Shown here: positions 1 through 9,100 of the stretch, piece by piece
Layout: every line of letters begins with the position of its first letter
How positions within the stretch are numbered: position 1 is the first letter of the stretch
NCBI GenBank assembly: GCA_015233145.1
Contig: JADFYI010000004.1
Coordinates: 4,821-68,820 of the forward strand
DNA: 64,000 nucleotides
Reading direction: 5' to 3'
Origin: Candidatus Omnitrophota bacterium
Lineage (GTDB): Bacteria; Omnitrophota; Gorgyraeia; Zapsychrales; Fredricksoniimonadaceae
The notes under the pieces: generated by a model
Database searches by the model: none
Seen by the model: the letters and a program-made list of their open reading frames with translations, nothing else
What the model was told of the DNA's origin: nothing
Position numbers and translations under genes: made by a program

Positions 1-2404
1 GAGCACGAAGGCTTGTGATACGCTGATCCACATCACAACGTTCATTGTCATGGCGCGACAAAGTCTCCTTAAGCGCCTCCTTGGCGAATTTGAAGCCTTC
101 AACACCTGTATTCAAGGCCATGATCTCTTGCGAAAACTTTTCACGCCGCTCAACAAACGACACTACCTCCTGGTCGAGACGGCTGATATTTTCAAGGCAG
201 ACGTTTAAATCCGTGCGAAACATCTCGGCATTGCTCTTCCAGCCTTTTTCACGGTCCCTGAAAGCCGATGCCTCACCCTCCATTTGCGCCACCAAAACAG
301 CTGCGTCTTCACGCTCTTTGCGTTTTTCACTGATCAAGGCCTGGCGCGCCTTGATTTCTTCACGCGCGAAAAGGATTTCATCTTCAACGCTTCTTAGCTC
401 GCCGGAAAGTGAATCTTCGGCCTGTTTGAGACGGCCAAGGCTTTCATCAGCCTCTCGCGCCTCAAGGAGGATGGTTTCAAATTCCTGGTTAAGTTTCTCT
501 GCGGCAAGCCCCACATCATTATGCTGGGCCTCACAAACAGAAAGGCGGCGGTCCTGAGAATGAACCTCCTGCTGGATGCCCTCAATCAGCTTAGACTGTT
601 CCGCAATTGTTGAAAGCTTAAAATCGCGCTCACTCAAGACATCTTTAATCTCGTGTTCGATGGCTTCAATCCGGGCTGACATCTCCTGAGGATCAAGCTC
701 AATAAATTTCGTTTCACAGACAACTTCAAAAAGATTGCCGCCTTCCAAATCATTCAAATACTGCTTCAAACTCTCATAACGGGCGGGATCAATGCTGGTG
801 ACAGTCTTGACCTTGCCGATGACGCCTGTTTGCTTTTCCGTCGGCTGAATCGAGCTCAAAAACCGGCTGGTGGTGACAGGGTCGGGAATGCCCTCATACT
901 GCACCTTAAGCTTCTCAATAAATTCTTTCTGGGAAATCAGAAAAAGTTTTTTCTTTTCAAGGCCATCAAGCCGTGCGGTCAAAAGAACCAGTTCTCCGTT
1001 ATGACCTGCCAAAATTTCTTTTTCACGCAAAAGGTCGTCTAAAAACTTCTGGCGCGCGGCCATGCCCTCGGCCATGCCTGCAGAAATACCCTCAAGTTTA
1101 CGGTTAATTTCATCTTTCTCAGAGGCAAGCTTTTCGCGCTCCACATCCAGACGGCGGCGGCGGGCCAGCGTGCCCTGATTTTCCTTCATGTTCTCGGTCA
1201 TCTGGTTCTTGAGGGCAACCTGGCGGGAGGTCAGGTCCAGAATTTTGCGTTCATTCTGGCGAATGGTTTCCTGATACTCGTCAATAAGGGCGCTGATGCC
1301 TGAAAGGCTGTTTTTCTTGTCATTCAAAAGAGCCACCGACTTCTCAAGGGCCAGGGACAATTCCGCAAGGGCTTTGTCGATCTCTTCAATTTTGCCCTGA
1401 TTCTGGCGGCACTTTTCCAAAAGCGATGCTTTTTCCGCAGCTACCCTTGCCTCATTCTCGTCGATATTTCCCAAACGCTCTTCATTAAAAATAATCTGGC
1501 GGTTCGCGAGCTCAATCTGGCTCTCCAGCTTCAAATCTTCCTCACGGACAGCCATCACCCTCTGGTCGAGTTCCTCAAGAAGCAACGATTCCCGCTCAAT
1601 CACTTTTCTCAGCTCTTCAAGCTCACCGGAATGTTCATTATCACGGTTTTTGACCTCATCCAGGAAACGCGTAATCTCAAGGCGCTCCTTTTCAGCTATG
1701 GAAAGCTGCCAGGAGGCAAAAACAGTTTCAAGGCCTTTAAGTTTTTCAAACTCTTCTTTATACCGCCGGGCTTTCTGGGCCTGGCGCGCGATGGAGGAAA
1801 TCTGGCGTTTGACTTCAATAACAATATCATTAATACGCAGCAAATTCTGGTCGGTGTCTTTAAGCTTGTTCTGGGCCTCGCGCTTTTTGGTCTTATATTT
1901 TGTAATCCCCGCGGCTTCATCAAAAATCATGCGCCGGTCATCAGGTTTCGCGCTCACCACAAGGTCAACCCTGCCCTGCTGGACCAGCGAATACGCCTCG
2001 GCACCCACACCCGTGCCCATAAAAAGCTCGGTGACATCCTTAAGGCGGGCCACCTCTTTGTTAATCAGGTATTCGCTTTCTCCGGAACGAAACAATCGGC
2101 GGGTAATCACGACTTCATCAGCGCTTATGGCCAGCATCCTGGAATGATTATCAAACGTGACATTCACCTCGGCAAAGCCCAGGGCGAGCTTTGTGTCAGT
2201 GCCGTTAAAAATAACATCTTCCATGCCAGAACCGCGAAGCTGCTTGGCGCTTTGTTCCCCCAAAACCCAGCGGATGGCATCAAAAACATTGCTCTTCCCG
2301 CAACCGTTGGGGCCGACAATGGCTGTAATGCCGGGTTCAAAATTAAAAACTGTCTTTTCCGCAAAAGACTTAAAACCAAAAATCTCAAGCTTTTTAAAAT
2401 ACAT
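1..2404 (-). CDS. smc: Chromosome segregation ATPase SMC, N-terminal ~800 aa (3' part lies beyond the window start)
   Basis: Own translation of the minus strand from ATG at 2404-2402: MYFKKLEIFGFKSFAEKTVFNFEPGITAIVGPNGCGKSNVFDAIRWVLGEQSAKQLRG... This is an SMC head with Walker A GPNGCGKS, followed by a long charged coiled-coil region. The frame stays open to position 1, so no stop lies in the window and the ORF track misses it. GGAG sits 7 nt upstream of the ATG. Confidence 0.9.
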   Translation of the reverse strand, partial: MYFKKLEIFGFKSFAEKTVFNFEPGITAIVGPNGCGKSNVFDAIRWVLGEQSAKQLRGSGMEDVIFNGTDTKLALGFAEVNVTFDNHSRMLAISADEVVITRRLFRSGESEYLINKEVARLKDVTELFMGTGVGAEAYSLVQQGRVDLVVSAKPDDRRMIFDEAAGITKYKTKKREAQNKLKDTDQNLLRINDIVIEVKRQISSIARQAQKARRYKEEFEKLKGLETVFASWQLSIAEKERLEITRFLDEVKNRDNEHSGELEELRKVIERESLLLEELDQRVMAVREEDLKLESQIELANRQIIFNEERLGNIDENEARVAAEKASLLEKCRQNQGKIEEIDKALAELSLALEKSVALLNDKKNSLSGISALIDEYQETIRQNERKILDLTSRQVALKNQMTENMKENQGTLARRRRLDVEREKLASEKDEINRKLEGISAGMAEGMAARQKFLDDLLREKEILAGHNGELVLLTARLDGLEKKKLFLISQKEFIEKLKVQYEGIPDPVTTSRFLSSIQPTEKQTGVIGKVKTVTSIDPARYESLKQYLNDLEGGNLFEVVCETKFIELDPQEMSARIEAIEHEIKDVLSERDFKLSTIAEQSKLIEGIQQEVHSQDRRLSVCEAQHNDVGLAAEKLNQEFETILLEAREADESLGRLKQAEDSLSGELRSVEDEILFAREEIKARQALISEKRKEREDAAVLVAQMEGEASAFRDREKGWKSNAEMFRTDLNVCLENISRLDQEVVSFVERREKFSQEIMALNTGVEGFKFAKEALKETLSRHDNERCDVDQRITSLRA

Positions 2405-2454
2405 CAGGAAACTCCATCACTATTGTCAAGCACGATGAGCTTGTGAATTTTCAA

Positions 2455-2658
2455 TTAAACCTTTGATTCAGCCTGCGAATCAGACTCAGCCTCTGTATCG
2501 AGCCACTGGTCGATACGGTCTCTGCGGAAACGCCACAATCCAACGGCTTTGATAGCCGGAATTTTGCCTTTTTTGACCCAGTCATAGACTGTACGCTTTT
2601 TAACACGAAGGTAATCAGCAACCTCATCAATGGTCATCAGATGCCCATGCTGTTCCAT
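2455..2658 (-). CDS. Small helix-turn-helix DNA-binding protein, excisionase/MerR-like (HTH_17-type)
   Basis: MEQHGHLMTIDEVADYLRVKKRTVYDWVKKGKIPAIKAVGLWRFRRDRIDQWL is the typical excisionase-family HTH pattern. Start trimmed from the track's GTG at 2697 to ATG 2658, which has AAGGGGG 4 nt upstream. Lies directly upstream of smc. Confidence 0.7.
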   Translation of the reverse strand: MEQHGHLMTIDEVADYLRVKKRTVYDWVKKGKIPAIKAVGLWRFRRDRIDQWLDTEAESDSQAESKV

Positions 2659-2749
2659 AACGCCCCCTTGTATTGATTGATGCAAAAAACAACCCACAAG
2701 TTATTGTGGAGCCCAACGGGTTTTACCCGCAGGGCAAAATAACATTTTT

Positions 2750-2778
2750 ACTCTAATTGAGCTTCCAAATTATGTCAA
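2750..2778 (-). promoter_or_regulatory. Candidate sigma70-type promoter for the HTH-smc unit
   Basis: Minus strand reads TTGACA (2778-2773), 17-nt spacer, TAGAGT (2755-2750). An A/T-rich tract lies just upstream, and the site sits in the 214-nt non-coding gap after the HExxH gene. Confidence 0.35.
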
Positions 2779-2911
2779 TGAATGATTAAAAAAATTTCCA
2801 GCCTGCCCCAGGGGTGAAAATTTTTCCTAATAGTCTCAATTTTCGGCGAGAAACTATCAGAATATACAGTTTCTTGACATTTTATGGTGATCAAAAAATT
2901 TTGAAGGAAAG

Positions 2912-3706
2912 TTACTTGTCCTGGCAGGCCATGGTGCCGCCGACTTTTTCATGCCCAAAAGATTTGCTTGCAGCTTCATACTCTTTGGCAAAGCCCCATT
3001 TTTTTATCAAACGGTTGGCTTCACGCTCTGCATTGCAACTGCCGGCAACACCTTTTTTAACATGTTCCAAAACATGATGCGCCAATTCATGGGCCACAAT
3101 GCCCTCAATAGCCGCCGGGCTATCTGCGCTGTCAAGCTCTGTGCTGAGCTTCATAATCATGATCCCGTCTTCAAATGCCGGGGCATCGTCAGGGCCTGAA
3201 AAAATTTCCGAGGAGTTGGCAAACCTTGCCGTCCCTGAATCAAAATATTCTGTAAAAAGCACAGGATGCCTGCGGTTGGTGACATTCACAAAAACATCAA
3301 AAGGAACTCTCATGAGCACATCTTGAACGGCAAGAAAGGTTTTGCTTCCACCCTGAACAATGCCTCCAGAGCAAAATTCTCCCAAATACTCCTTCACAAT
3401 TTCAGCGCGGTCATTGATGTCCCAGCCCGCGACCCTGTCTTCCTTAATATGGAAGGTGACAAGCTTTTTGGGTGCTTCATCCAAAGGGTCGCCAAAGGTC
3501 AGCCATTCTTTACCAGATTCTTCACGGTAAGTCCTGGCCTTCTTTAAAGGATAAATTTCCAGAAAATCGGCTTTTTTAGTACCGACAAAGACACCATTGA
3601 TTTCTGCCTTTTTATCCTGCGCGCCAGAAACAGAATAAACAGCCAGAAAAAAGAACCCTGCCAGGATCCCAATGCCCAAAAATGTTAAAAAGAATTTCTT
3701 ATTCAT
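2912..3706 (-). CDS. Exported or membrane-anchored protein with HExxH motif (putative zinc metallopeptidase-like)
   Basis: Start trimmed to MNKKFFLTFLGIGILAGFFFLAVYSVSG (N-terminal signal/anchor helix), ATG at 3706. HELAHHVLEH lies near the C-terminus. No family recognised beyond the motif. Confidence 0.55.
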   Translation of the reverse strand: MNKKFFLTFLGIGILAGFFFLAVYSVSGAQDKKAEINGVFVGTKKADFLEIYPLKKARTYREESGKEWLTFGDPLDEAPKKLVTFHIKEDRVAGWDINDRAEIVKEYLGEFCSGGIVQGGSKTFLAVQDVLMRVPFDVFVNVTNRRHPVLFTEYFDSGTARFANSSEIFSGPDDAPAFEDGIMIMKLSTELDSADSPAAIEGIVAHELAHHVLEHVKKGVAGSCNAEREANRLIKKWGFAKEYEAASKSFGHEKVGGTMACQDK

Positions 3707-3747
3707 AAGGTATCCATCAGACAAATCCAGTGACCTGGTTTGGCACT

Positions 3748-4734
3748 TTACAAGACGGCATGACTGTAGTTCGAGGCCAACATCTTGCAGCCACCTCCAC
3801 AATACGGGGAATCCGCACATTTCTTACAATCAACGCTCATATTATTACAAAACTGTCTGGCGCTGGCAGATTCAGATAAACTTAAATAGCTGTTGCTGAA
3901 AAGACTTCCAAGTATCTCAGGATTTTGTTCACAGGTCCTTAAATTTCCCAGGGGGTCGATCACCCATTTTTTCTTTGCGCACGTGCAGGTGCCAAAATGA
4001 AGATAAGGATAGGTTTTATGCCCTATAACACAAGATTCAACCGGGACCGCAATATTGACCGGGAAATCCAGCCCGGCGCTTCTCTTATTGGCAATGTCTA
4101 ATGCGTTGCGCAGGCCGTCTTGTGGAACAATGAGATCGCGGACGTGTTCCAGCCCCCTTCCTCCCGGAACAAAACGGTTTAACGCAACAAAATCCGCAGA
4201 AAAGGCAAAACTTAAATCAATCACCTCTTCTAGGTCCGGAAGGTTTAATTTGGTAATGACAAAAGAAACGGTAAGCCGCGCCTTATTTCTTTTAACATTT
4301 AGTATCGCCTCCCTTATCTTTTTGACACTACCTGCCTGGCAAAGGCGTTGGTATACGTTTTCTTTGAGGGAAGGCAGGGATATCTCAAAATAGCTGATTC
4401 CACAAGTTATTAATTTATCAGTGTTTTCTTTATCTAAAAGGGCGCCATTAGTGGCTAATCCTAAATTGATATTTCTGCTTTTCAGGAAAGATACAATTTC
4501 AAATATGTCCTTGTGCAATAACGGCTCTCCTCCGGTAAGCATGACGCTTTCAGGAGTGACTTCTTTCAAGAGCTTATCGAATAGCACCTTTATTTGATTT
4601 AAGGACAGCTCTCCTGAGGGATAGCCTTTTGGTTCTTTCCAAACATTATAACAATAAAGGCAATTATTGTTACAACGGGGAGTGACTTCGTAGACAAATA
4701 AAGGATGACCAGACTGCTGATGGACCCGATTCAT
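3748..4734 (-). CDS. Radical SAM enzyme with C-terminal SPASM-type auxiliary-cluster domain
   Basis: CNNNCLYC (CxxxCxxC) at residues ~21-28 and a GGEPLL glycine-rich SAM motif. The C-terminus carries CVIGH...GTCTC...TCEQ...CKKCADSPYCGGGC, a typical SPASM cysteine array. The ATG overlaps the upstream stop (ATGA at 4734-4731). Confidence 0.8.
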   Translation of the reverse strand: MNRVHQQSGHPLFVYEVTPRCNNNCLYCYNVWKEPKGYPSGELSLNQIKVLFDKLLKEVTPESVMLTGGEPLLHKDIFEIVSFLKSRNINLGLATNGALLDKENTDKLITCGISYFEISLPSLKENVYQRLCQAGSVKKIREAILNVKRNKARLTVSFVITKLNLPDLEEVIDLSFAFSADFVALNRFVPGGRGLEHVRDLIVPQDGLRNALDIANKRSAGLDFPVNIAVPVESCVIGHKTYPYLHFGTCTCAKKKWVIDPLGNLRTCEQNPEILGSLFSNSYLSLSESASARQFCNNMSVDCKKCADSPYCGGGCKMLASNYSHAVL

Positions 4735-5477
4735 AAGCCTTTAAAGAGTCCTTCCAGGTCTAAAATCTCTTCCTGCGTAAATGAAAGCAGATAATTGCTG
4801 TAGATAGTTTCAATTTCAGTTTTGATTATATAAGCGGCCGCGGCTTGCTCCGAAGCAGATATGCCTGCCCGGGACTTCAAATCCCTTATCATCTTTAATC
4901 TATCCATCTGCTGGAAAATAGTGTCTTCTTTAAATAATAGTGGGATGACCAGTCTGCATTCATAGCATTCCTTTTCTTCGGTTTGTAATGCTTGAATTTC
5001 TTTTTTGCAAGACTCTGTTATCAGCAAAAACTCTTTATTCTTAATAAGCCCCTGTGCTGCTAATCTGCTCAAGCCATCCGTGACCCGCGCAAGTTCCACA
5101 GACAAATGTTTTTCTACCTGTTCTTTTATTGGCTCGCTGATCTTGTAAGGCGAGACAACTTTTGCCCTATCCCTATCGGCTTGCCTAAGCTCTTTCAAAA
5201 ACATCTTTAAGTCATTCCATTCCTGCCTATGGCTTAGTATTAGAATACGCAAAAAAGACGGAACAAGCATCTTGTTTTCGACCTTATCAGTCACGTTATA
5301 CGTTTTTGGAGCATTGCAACCTTGACTAATAAAGCCGAGCATAATAAAAAGTGTGGTCATAAAAAGACCTTTTCTCTCGCGCTTCCCAACTACGATCTTT
5401 TTAATACCCAAGTTAAACAATAAATACGCTATTGTTACTGCCGAGCCCACCATAAATGCCTGCCATATCCTTGTCAT
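4731..5477 (-). CDS. Hypothetical membrane protein or possible lipoprotein
   Basis: Start chosen at ATG 5477, with AGGAG 5 nt upstream (the track start at 5519 is GTG). It has two N-terminal hydrophobic segments, the second ending in a weak lipobox-like ISQGC. The rest is charged and helical with a CYEC pair. No recognisable family. Confidence 0.5.
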   Translation of the reverse strand: MTRIWQAFMVGSAVTIAYLLFNLGIKKIVVGKRERKGLFMTTLFIMLGFISQGCNAPKTYNVTDKVENKMLVPSFLRILILSHRQEWNDLKMFLKELRQADRDRAKVVSPYKISEPIKEQVEKHLSVELARVTDGLSRLAAQGLIKNKEFLLITESCKKEIQALQTEEKECYECRLVIPLLFKEDTIFQQMDRLKMIRDLKSRAGISASEQAAAAYIIKTEIETIYSNYLLSFTQEEILDLEGLFKGL

Positions 5478-5532
5478 CTTATCTCCTGCCCTGGGAGGGC
5501 GCTCGTAACATCTGCCCACTAAAAGTTATTTA

Positions 5533-5552
5533 TTCTGCAGAGCGAAGCAGAA
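5533..5552 (-). terminator. Weak terminator-like hairpin immediately after glgC
   Basis: Minus strand reads TTCTGC-ttcgctc-GCAGAA, followed by TAAATAACTTTT. The stem is only 6 bp and the U-tract is interrupted. Confidence 0.2.
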
Positions 5553-6767
5553 TCACCCCTCAATCGCGGTTCTTTTGGCCACGATCACAATGCCGGAAGT
5601 TGTGACCGCAAAACGTGTCCGGTCAAGCTCCAGATTGTATCCTATTTTCTCACCGGCGGGAATATTGACCTGCTTGTCAACAATGGCATTCTTGATCTGC
5701 GCGCCTTCCCCCACAGTGACATTTTCCATGAGGACTGAATCCTGGATAAACGCGTTCTTTTTGACATGAACCATGGGTGACAAGACTGACCGCTCAACCC
5801 TGGCGCCCTCAATAACAGTGCCCGGAGAAAGAATAGCATCCATAACCATTCCTGACATTTCACGGCCGCCCTCACGTACCGTCTTCATCAAGACCGGAGG
5901 ATAATGCGAATAGTGCGTGCGCAAAGGCCAGCTTTTGTCATAAAGATTAAACGGCGAGTTTGGCCGCACAAGGTCCATATTGGCTTCATAATAAGCGTCG
6001 CGCGTCCCGATATCGCGCCAGTAATTCGACTGTTCGCCAAAATTATAGGCAAACACCTTCTTTTTGGACGCGAGCATTTTAGGGATGATATTCTTTCCAA
6101 AATCATGGTCGGAACGGACATCCACTGAATCGCGCTCGAGCTCCCTTAGAAGCGCCTTGCAGTTAAAAAGATAGATCCCCATGGAGGCATAAATTTTGTC
6201 GGATTCCCGCGGAATGGTTTTAGGCGTCCCCGGCTTCTCCTGAAACCCGCAAATATAATTATTTTTATCAACTTCAATAACTCCAAAATTGACTGACTCT
6301 GCCTTTGGCACCTTGATACACGCCACCGACACATCCGCCCCCATTTTCTTGTGGGCTTCATACATTTTTTCATAATTCATTTTATAAAGATGGTCGCCCG
6401 CAAGGATGAGAACTGCCTCGGGATTGTGGTCGTTAATGGTATAAATGTTCTGATAAATGGCATCTGCTGTTCCTTTATACCAGTCTTCGCCCAAACGCTG
6501 CTGCGCGGGAATAACGTCGATAAATTCACCGAGCTGTGTGGAAACCACATCCCAGCCGGCCAGAATATGTTTTTGCAGAGAAAAAGATTTATACTGAATC
6601 AAAACATAAATCCTGCGCAAGCCGGAGTTGATGCAGTTGGACAGCGTAAAATCAATAATGCGATAAATCCCGCCAAAAGGAACCGCGGGCTTCGCGCGGT
6701 CACGCGTGAGCGGATTCAGGCGCTCGCCCTTGCCTCCGGCCAGAATAAACGTTAAAATATTTCTCAT
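5553..6767 (-). CDS. glgC: Glucose-1-phosphate adenylyltransferase
   Basis: N-terminus ILAGGKGERLNPLTRDRAKPAVPFGGIYRIIDFTLSNCINSG and the C-terminal left-handed beta-helix region are characteristic of GlgC. Start overlaps the upstream stop (6767-6764). Confidence 0.9.
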   Translation of the reverse strand: MRNILTFILAGGKGERLNPLTRDRAKPAVPFGGIYRIIDFTLSNCINSGLRRIYVLIQYKSFSLQKHILAGWDVVSTQLGEFIDVIPAQQRLGEDWYKGTADAIYQNIYTINDHNPEAVLILAGDHLYKMNYEKMYEAHKKMGADVSVACIKVPKAESVNFGVIEVDKNNYICGFQEKPGTPKTIPRESDKIYASMGIYLFNCKALLRELERDSVDVRSDHDFGKNIIPKMLASKKKVFAYNFGEQSNYWRDIGTRDAYYEANMDLVRPNSPFNLYDKSWPLRTHYSHYPPVLMKTVREGGREMSGMVMDAILSPGTVIEGARVERSVLSPMVHVKKNAFIQDSVLMENVTVGEGAQIKNAIVDKQVNIPAGEKIGYNLELDRTRFAVTTSGIVIVAKRTAIEG

Positions 6768-9100
6768 GATTTTCCCCCTGTTGCCCCCTGCTTTGCTTTT
6801 TCAATTTTCTTTTTCAAATCATCATTATCAGGCTTCATGCTGAGGCCTTTTTCCCATTCTTTAAGAGCTTCATCCATCTTTCCCTCTGCCGAATAAAGAT
6901 CTCCCAGTCTTTCACGGGATACGGCCGAAGCATCAAAATGCTGAACAGCCTGTTTAAAAATCTTTTCCGCCCAGTCATAGGCCTTGGCCTCAAGACAAAT
7001 GGCGCCTACGCTCAGCGTCTGTTCGGACTGTTTTGGCTTGCGCTCCAGGGCTTCTAATAATATATCATACGATTTTTCGTATTGCCCATTTTTCGCAAGA
7101 GCCCTGGCGACGATAAAATAACCGTCAGGAGAATCTGGCGCCCGTTCTATAAGCTTCTCCCCCTCTTTGCGGGCATACTCAATTTCTCCGAGCCCCAAAT
7201 AAGCCTCGGCCATTTTAAACCGCATACGGTTATCATCTGTGGCATAAGAAACGCCCATGCGATACGCCTGGAAAGCCTTATCGTATTCTTTGCGGTTAAG
7301 CCATACTCCGCCTTTCACACGGTAAGCGCCAACTGCGGAGGGATACACTTCAATCTCAGCATCTGCCTCCCTGAGCGCGGCGTCGTCAAACCCCATGCCA
7401 CGAAGCGTGATGGCACGGTTAATAAAGCGATAGGGAAATACCGGCGCCGGCCCTAAACGCCTGAGGTCAAGCCCAACCGATTTCCAGTCTTTAAGATCAA
7501 TGGCAAACTTTTTGATAGCCAGGGCATTCATTGGGACATTTTTTAAGAAAATCACGGCGTCATAATCAAAATAAACAGGCGTCCACCCTTGCTTTTTTGC
7601 GATCATCTTCAAAAAATCATCCGGAGCCTCGGCATACGCCGTGTTAACAAACACGCCTGTCAAATTAAAAGTTTTAACCGCCTTGTCGAATTCCTTTTCA
7701 TCCGCGTCTTCCCAAATCTTGCGGTAAGTTTTGAAAAGCTCTGGTCCATGAAGTTCGGTTCTGCCATCCATATAAACATGAATTTGGGGAAAAGCGCGGC
7801 CGATTAAAAATGCGCCGGAATTGAAATCATTAAAAAAGTTGCCTGTAATCCCGTTGGCAATCAGGAAATCAACCGCTTTATGCGGAAACATCCGCTGGTC
7901 AATACCTAAAAACTCGCTTTTACGTTCATACCGGTCAAAATCATAATATCCCCGGGTGGACATATCACTTCCAAAATTCATTAACCCCACAATAAGAAGA
8001 ATCTTAGCCATGGCCCCCGTGATATACATGAAGCTTTCATGCGTAAAGCGTACAGGCAGCATTTCAGAAAACTTCAGTTGCTGGGCATTGATCATCACAA
8101 CAAGGTAAGCTACAAAAGAGAAATAGGCCATGTTCCTGACTGCGGAAAGAGAAAAACCTAAAATGACAACCCATAACAAAAGAGCGCTGACATCAATTTT
8201 TCGGCGGTTAAAAATAAAACTTAAGAAAGATACCCCGATAAGCGCTTTGTAAGGCAAATTGGAAGACGTGTTAAAAATATCAGACCAAGCAATGGGCGCG
8301 CGAAGTTCTGTGATGCTTTGAAAAAATATTTTTGAATCGCCTGAAACATCAAACATGACTTTCAAAGGATAAAAAGCGCCTTTAAATGTCTGGGGGTTAA
8401 TGCATGCGGCTGCCACAACCACCAAAAACGCCCATTTAATCCTTGCGAATTCTTCATCTGTCAGCCGGCCCTCTTTTGACCATTCCCACGGCAGCGGCAC
8501 ATGCCTTTTAATAACCTCAGAAAGAATGCCGAGGGCAACCAAAAGAACGCCTAAAAAGAAATACCCGTGCATGTTCACCCACAGAAGCTGCAGGCCAAAA
8601 AGGGCCCATACCGACCAGCGCTCACTTAGGCGTGTTGAAAGAATATGAATAAAAAGCACAAAGAAAAGCAGGCTGAAAATATCAGGACGGATCGTAAAGC
8701 GCGTTTGATAAATCAGAAGGGAAAAGAATAAAAGCGGAATAATTATAAGTTGTTTATCATTACGGTAAGTCAAAAGCAAAAGAAGAAGGAACGTGAACGT
8801 TACAACTCCGGCCTGCATATAAATGAGGCCGTCCATCCCCCAAAAAGTTTTGATAAGATACAAAATAACCTGAAACAGCCACTCATGATTATTCCACGGC
8901 AGGCCCATGGCCGTGCAGGAAAAAACATCTGTGGTCGGCACAAAGCCATGGGTAAAAATATACTCACCCGCCTTGATATGAAGCCAGAGGTCAAGGTCTT
9001 TGATTTCTATGGTTGCGCAAAAAGAAATAAGGCCGAAAAGGATTCCGATGGCCATGAAACCCGCAATCCAGCTTAATTTGCGATAAAATTCAATGCTCAT
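6764..9100 (-). CDS. Polytopic membrane protein (about 12+ TM segments) with C-terminal TPR repeats; possible GT-C-like glycosyltransferase
   Basis: The first ~400 aa are highly hydrophobic, with an acidic first loop (IEIKDLDLWLHIKAGEYI). The last ~230 aa contain repeated TPR-like A/Y/G patterns (YDKAFQAYRMGV, AEAYLGLGEIEYA, ALAKNGQYEKSYDILLEAL, GDLYSAEGKMDEALKEWEKGL). Overlaps both neighbours by 4 nt. Confidence 0.65.
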   Translation of the reverse strand: MSIEFYRKLSWIAGFMAIGILFGLISFCATIEIKDLDLWLHIKAGEYIFTHGFVPTTDVFSCTAMGLPWNNHEWLFQVILYLIKTFWGMDGLIYMQAGVVTFTFLLLLLLTYRNDKQLIIIPLLFFSLLIYQTRFTIRPDIFSLLFFVLFIHILSTRLSERWSVWALFGLQLLWVNMHGYFFLGVLLVALGILSEVIKRHVPLPWEWSKEGRLTDEEFARIKWAFLVVVAAACINPQTFKGAFYPLKVMFDVSGDSKIFFQSITELRAPIAWSDIFNTSSNLPYKALIGVSFLSFIFNRRKIDVSALLLWVVILGFSLSAVRNMAYFSFVAYLVVMINAQQLKFSEMLPVRFTHESFMYITGAMAKILLIVGLMNFGSDMSTRGYYDFDRYERKSEFLGIDQRMFPHKAVDFLIANGITGNFFNDFNSGAFLIGRAFPQIHVYMDGRTELHGPELFKTYRKIWEDADEKEFDKAVKTFNLTGVFVNTAYAEAPDDFLKMIAKKQGWTPVYFDYDAVIFLKNVPMNALAIKKFAIDLKDWKSVGLDLRRLGPAPVFPYRFINRAITLRGMGFDDAALREADAEIEVYPSAVGAYRVKGGVWLNRKEYDKAFQAYRMGVSYATDDNRMRFKMAEAYLGLGEIEYARKEGEKLIERAPDSPDGYFIVARALAKNGQYEKSYDILLEALERKPKQSEQTLSVGAICLEAKAYDWAEKIFKQAVQHFDASAVSRERLGDLYSAEGKMDEALKEWEKGLSMKPDNDDLKKKIEKAKQGATGGKS

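Noticed and set aside
45-2446. Several long plus-strand ORFs (45-557, 830-1042, 1631-2446, 1650-2147, 2157-2438)
   Set aside because: All lie antisense to an uninterrupted minus-strand frame encoding an unmistakable SMC protein. Their translations are low-complexity (S/R/L-rich) with no motifs. They are typical shadow ORFs of a coiled-coil gene.
2455-2658. Excisionase-family HTH protein as a marker of a prophage or integrative element
   Set aside because: No integrase, recombinase, phage or conjugation gene, tRNA target or flanking direct repeats are visible. The gene sits directly upstream of smc, apparently sharing its promoter, so I treat it as a chromosomal small DNA-binding protein.
2814-3077. 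87-aa plus-strand ORF starting in the 2698-2911 non-coding gap
   Set aside because: It has a GTG start with no usable spacing to an SD-like sequence, and runs antisense into the HExxH gene. No other plus-strand gene exists in the window.
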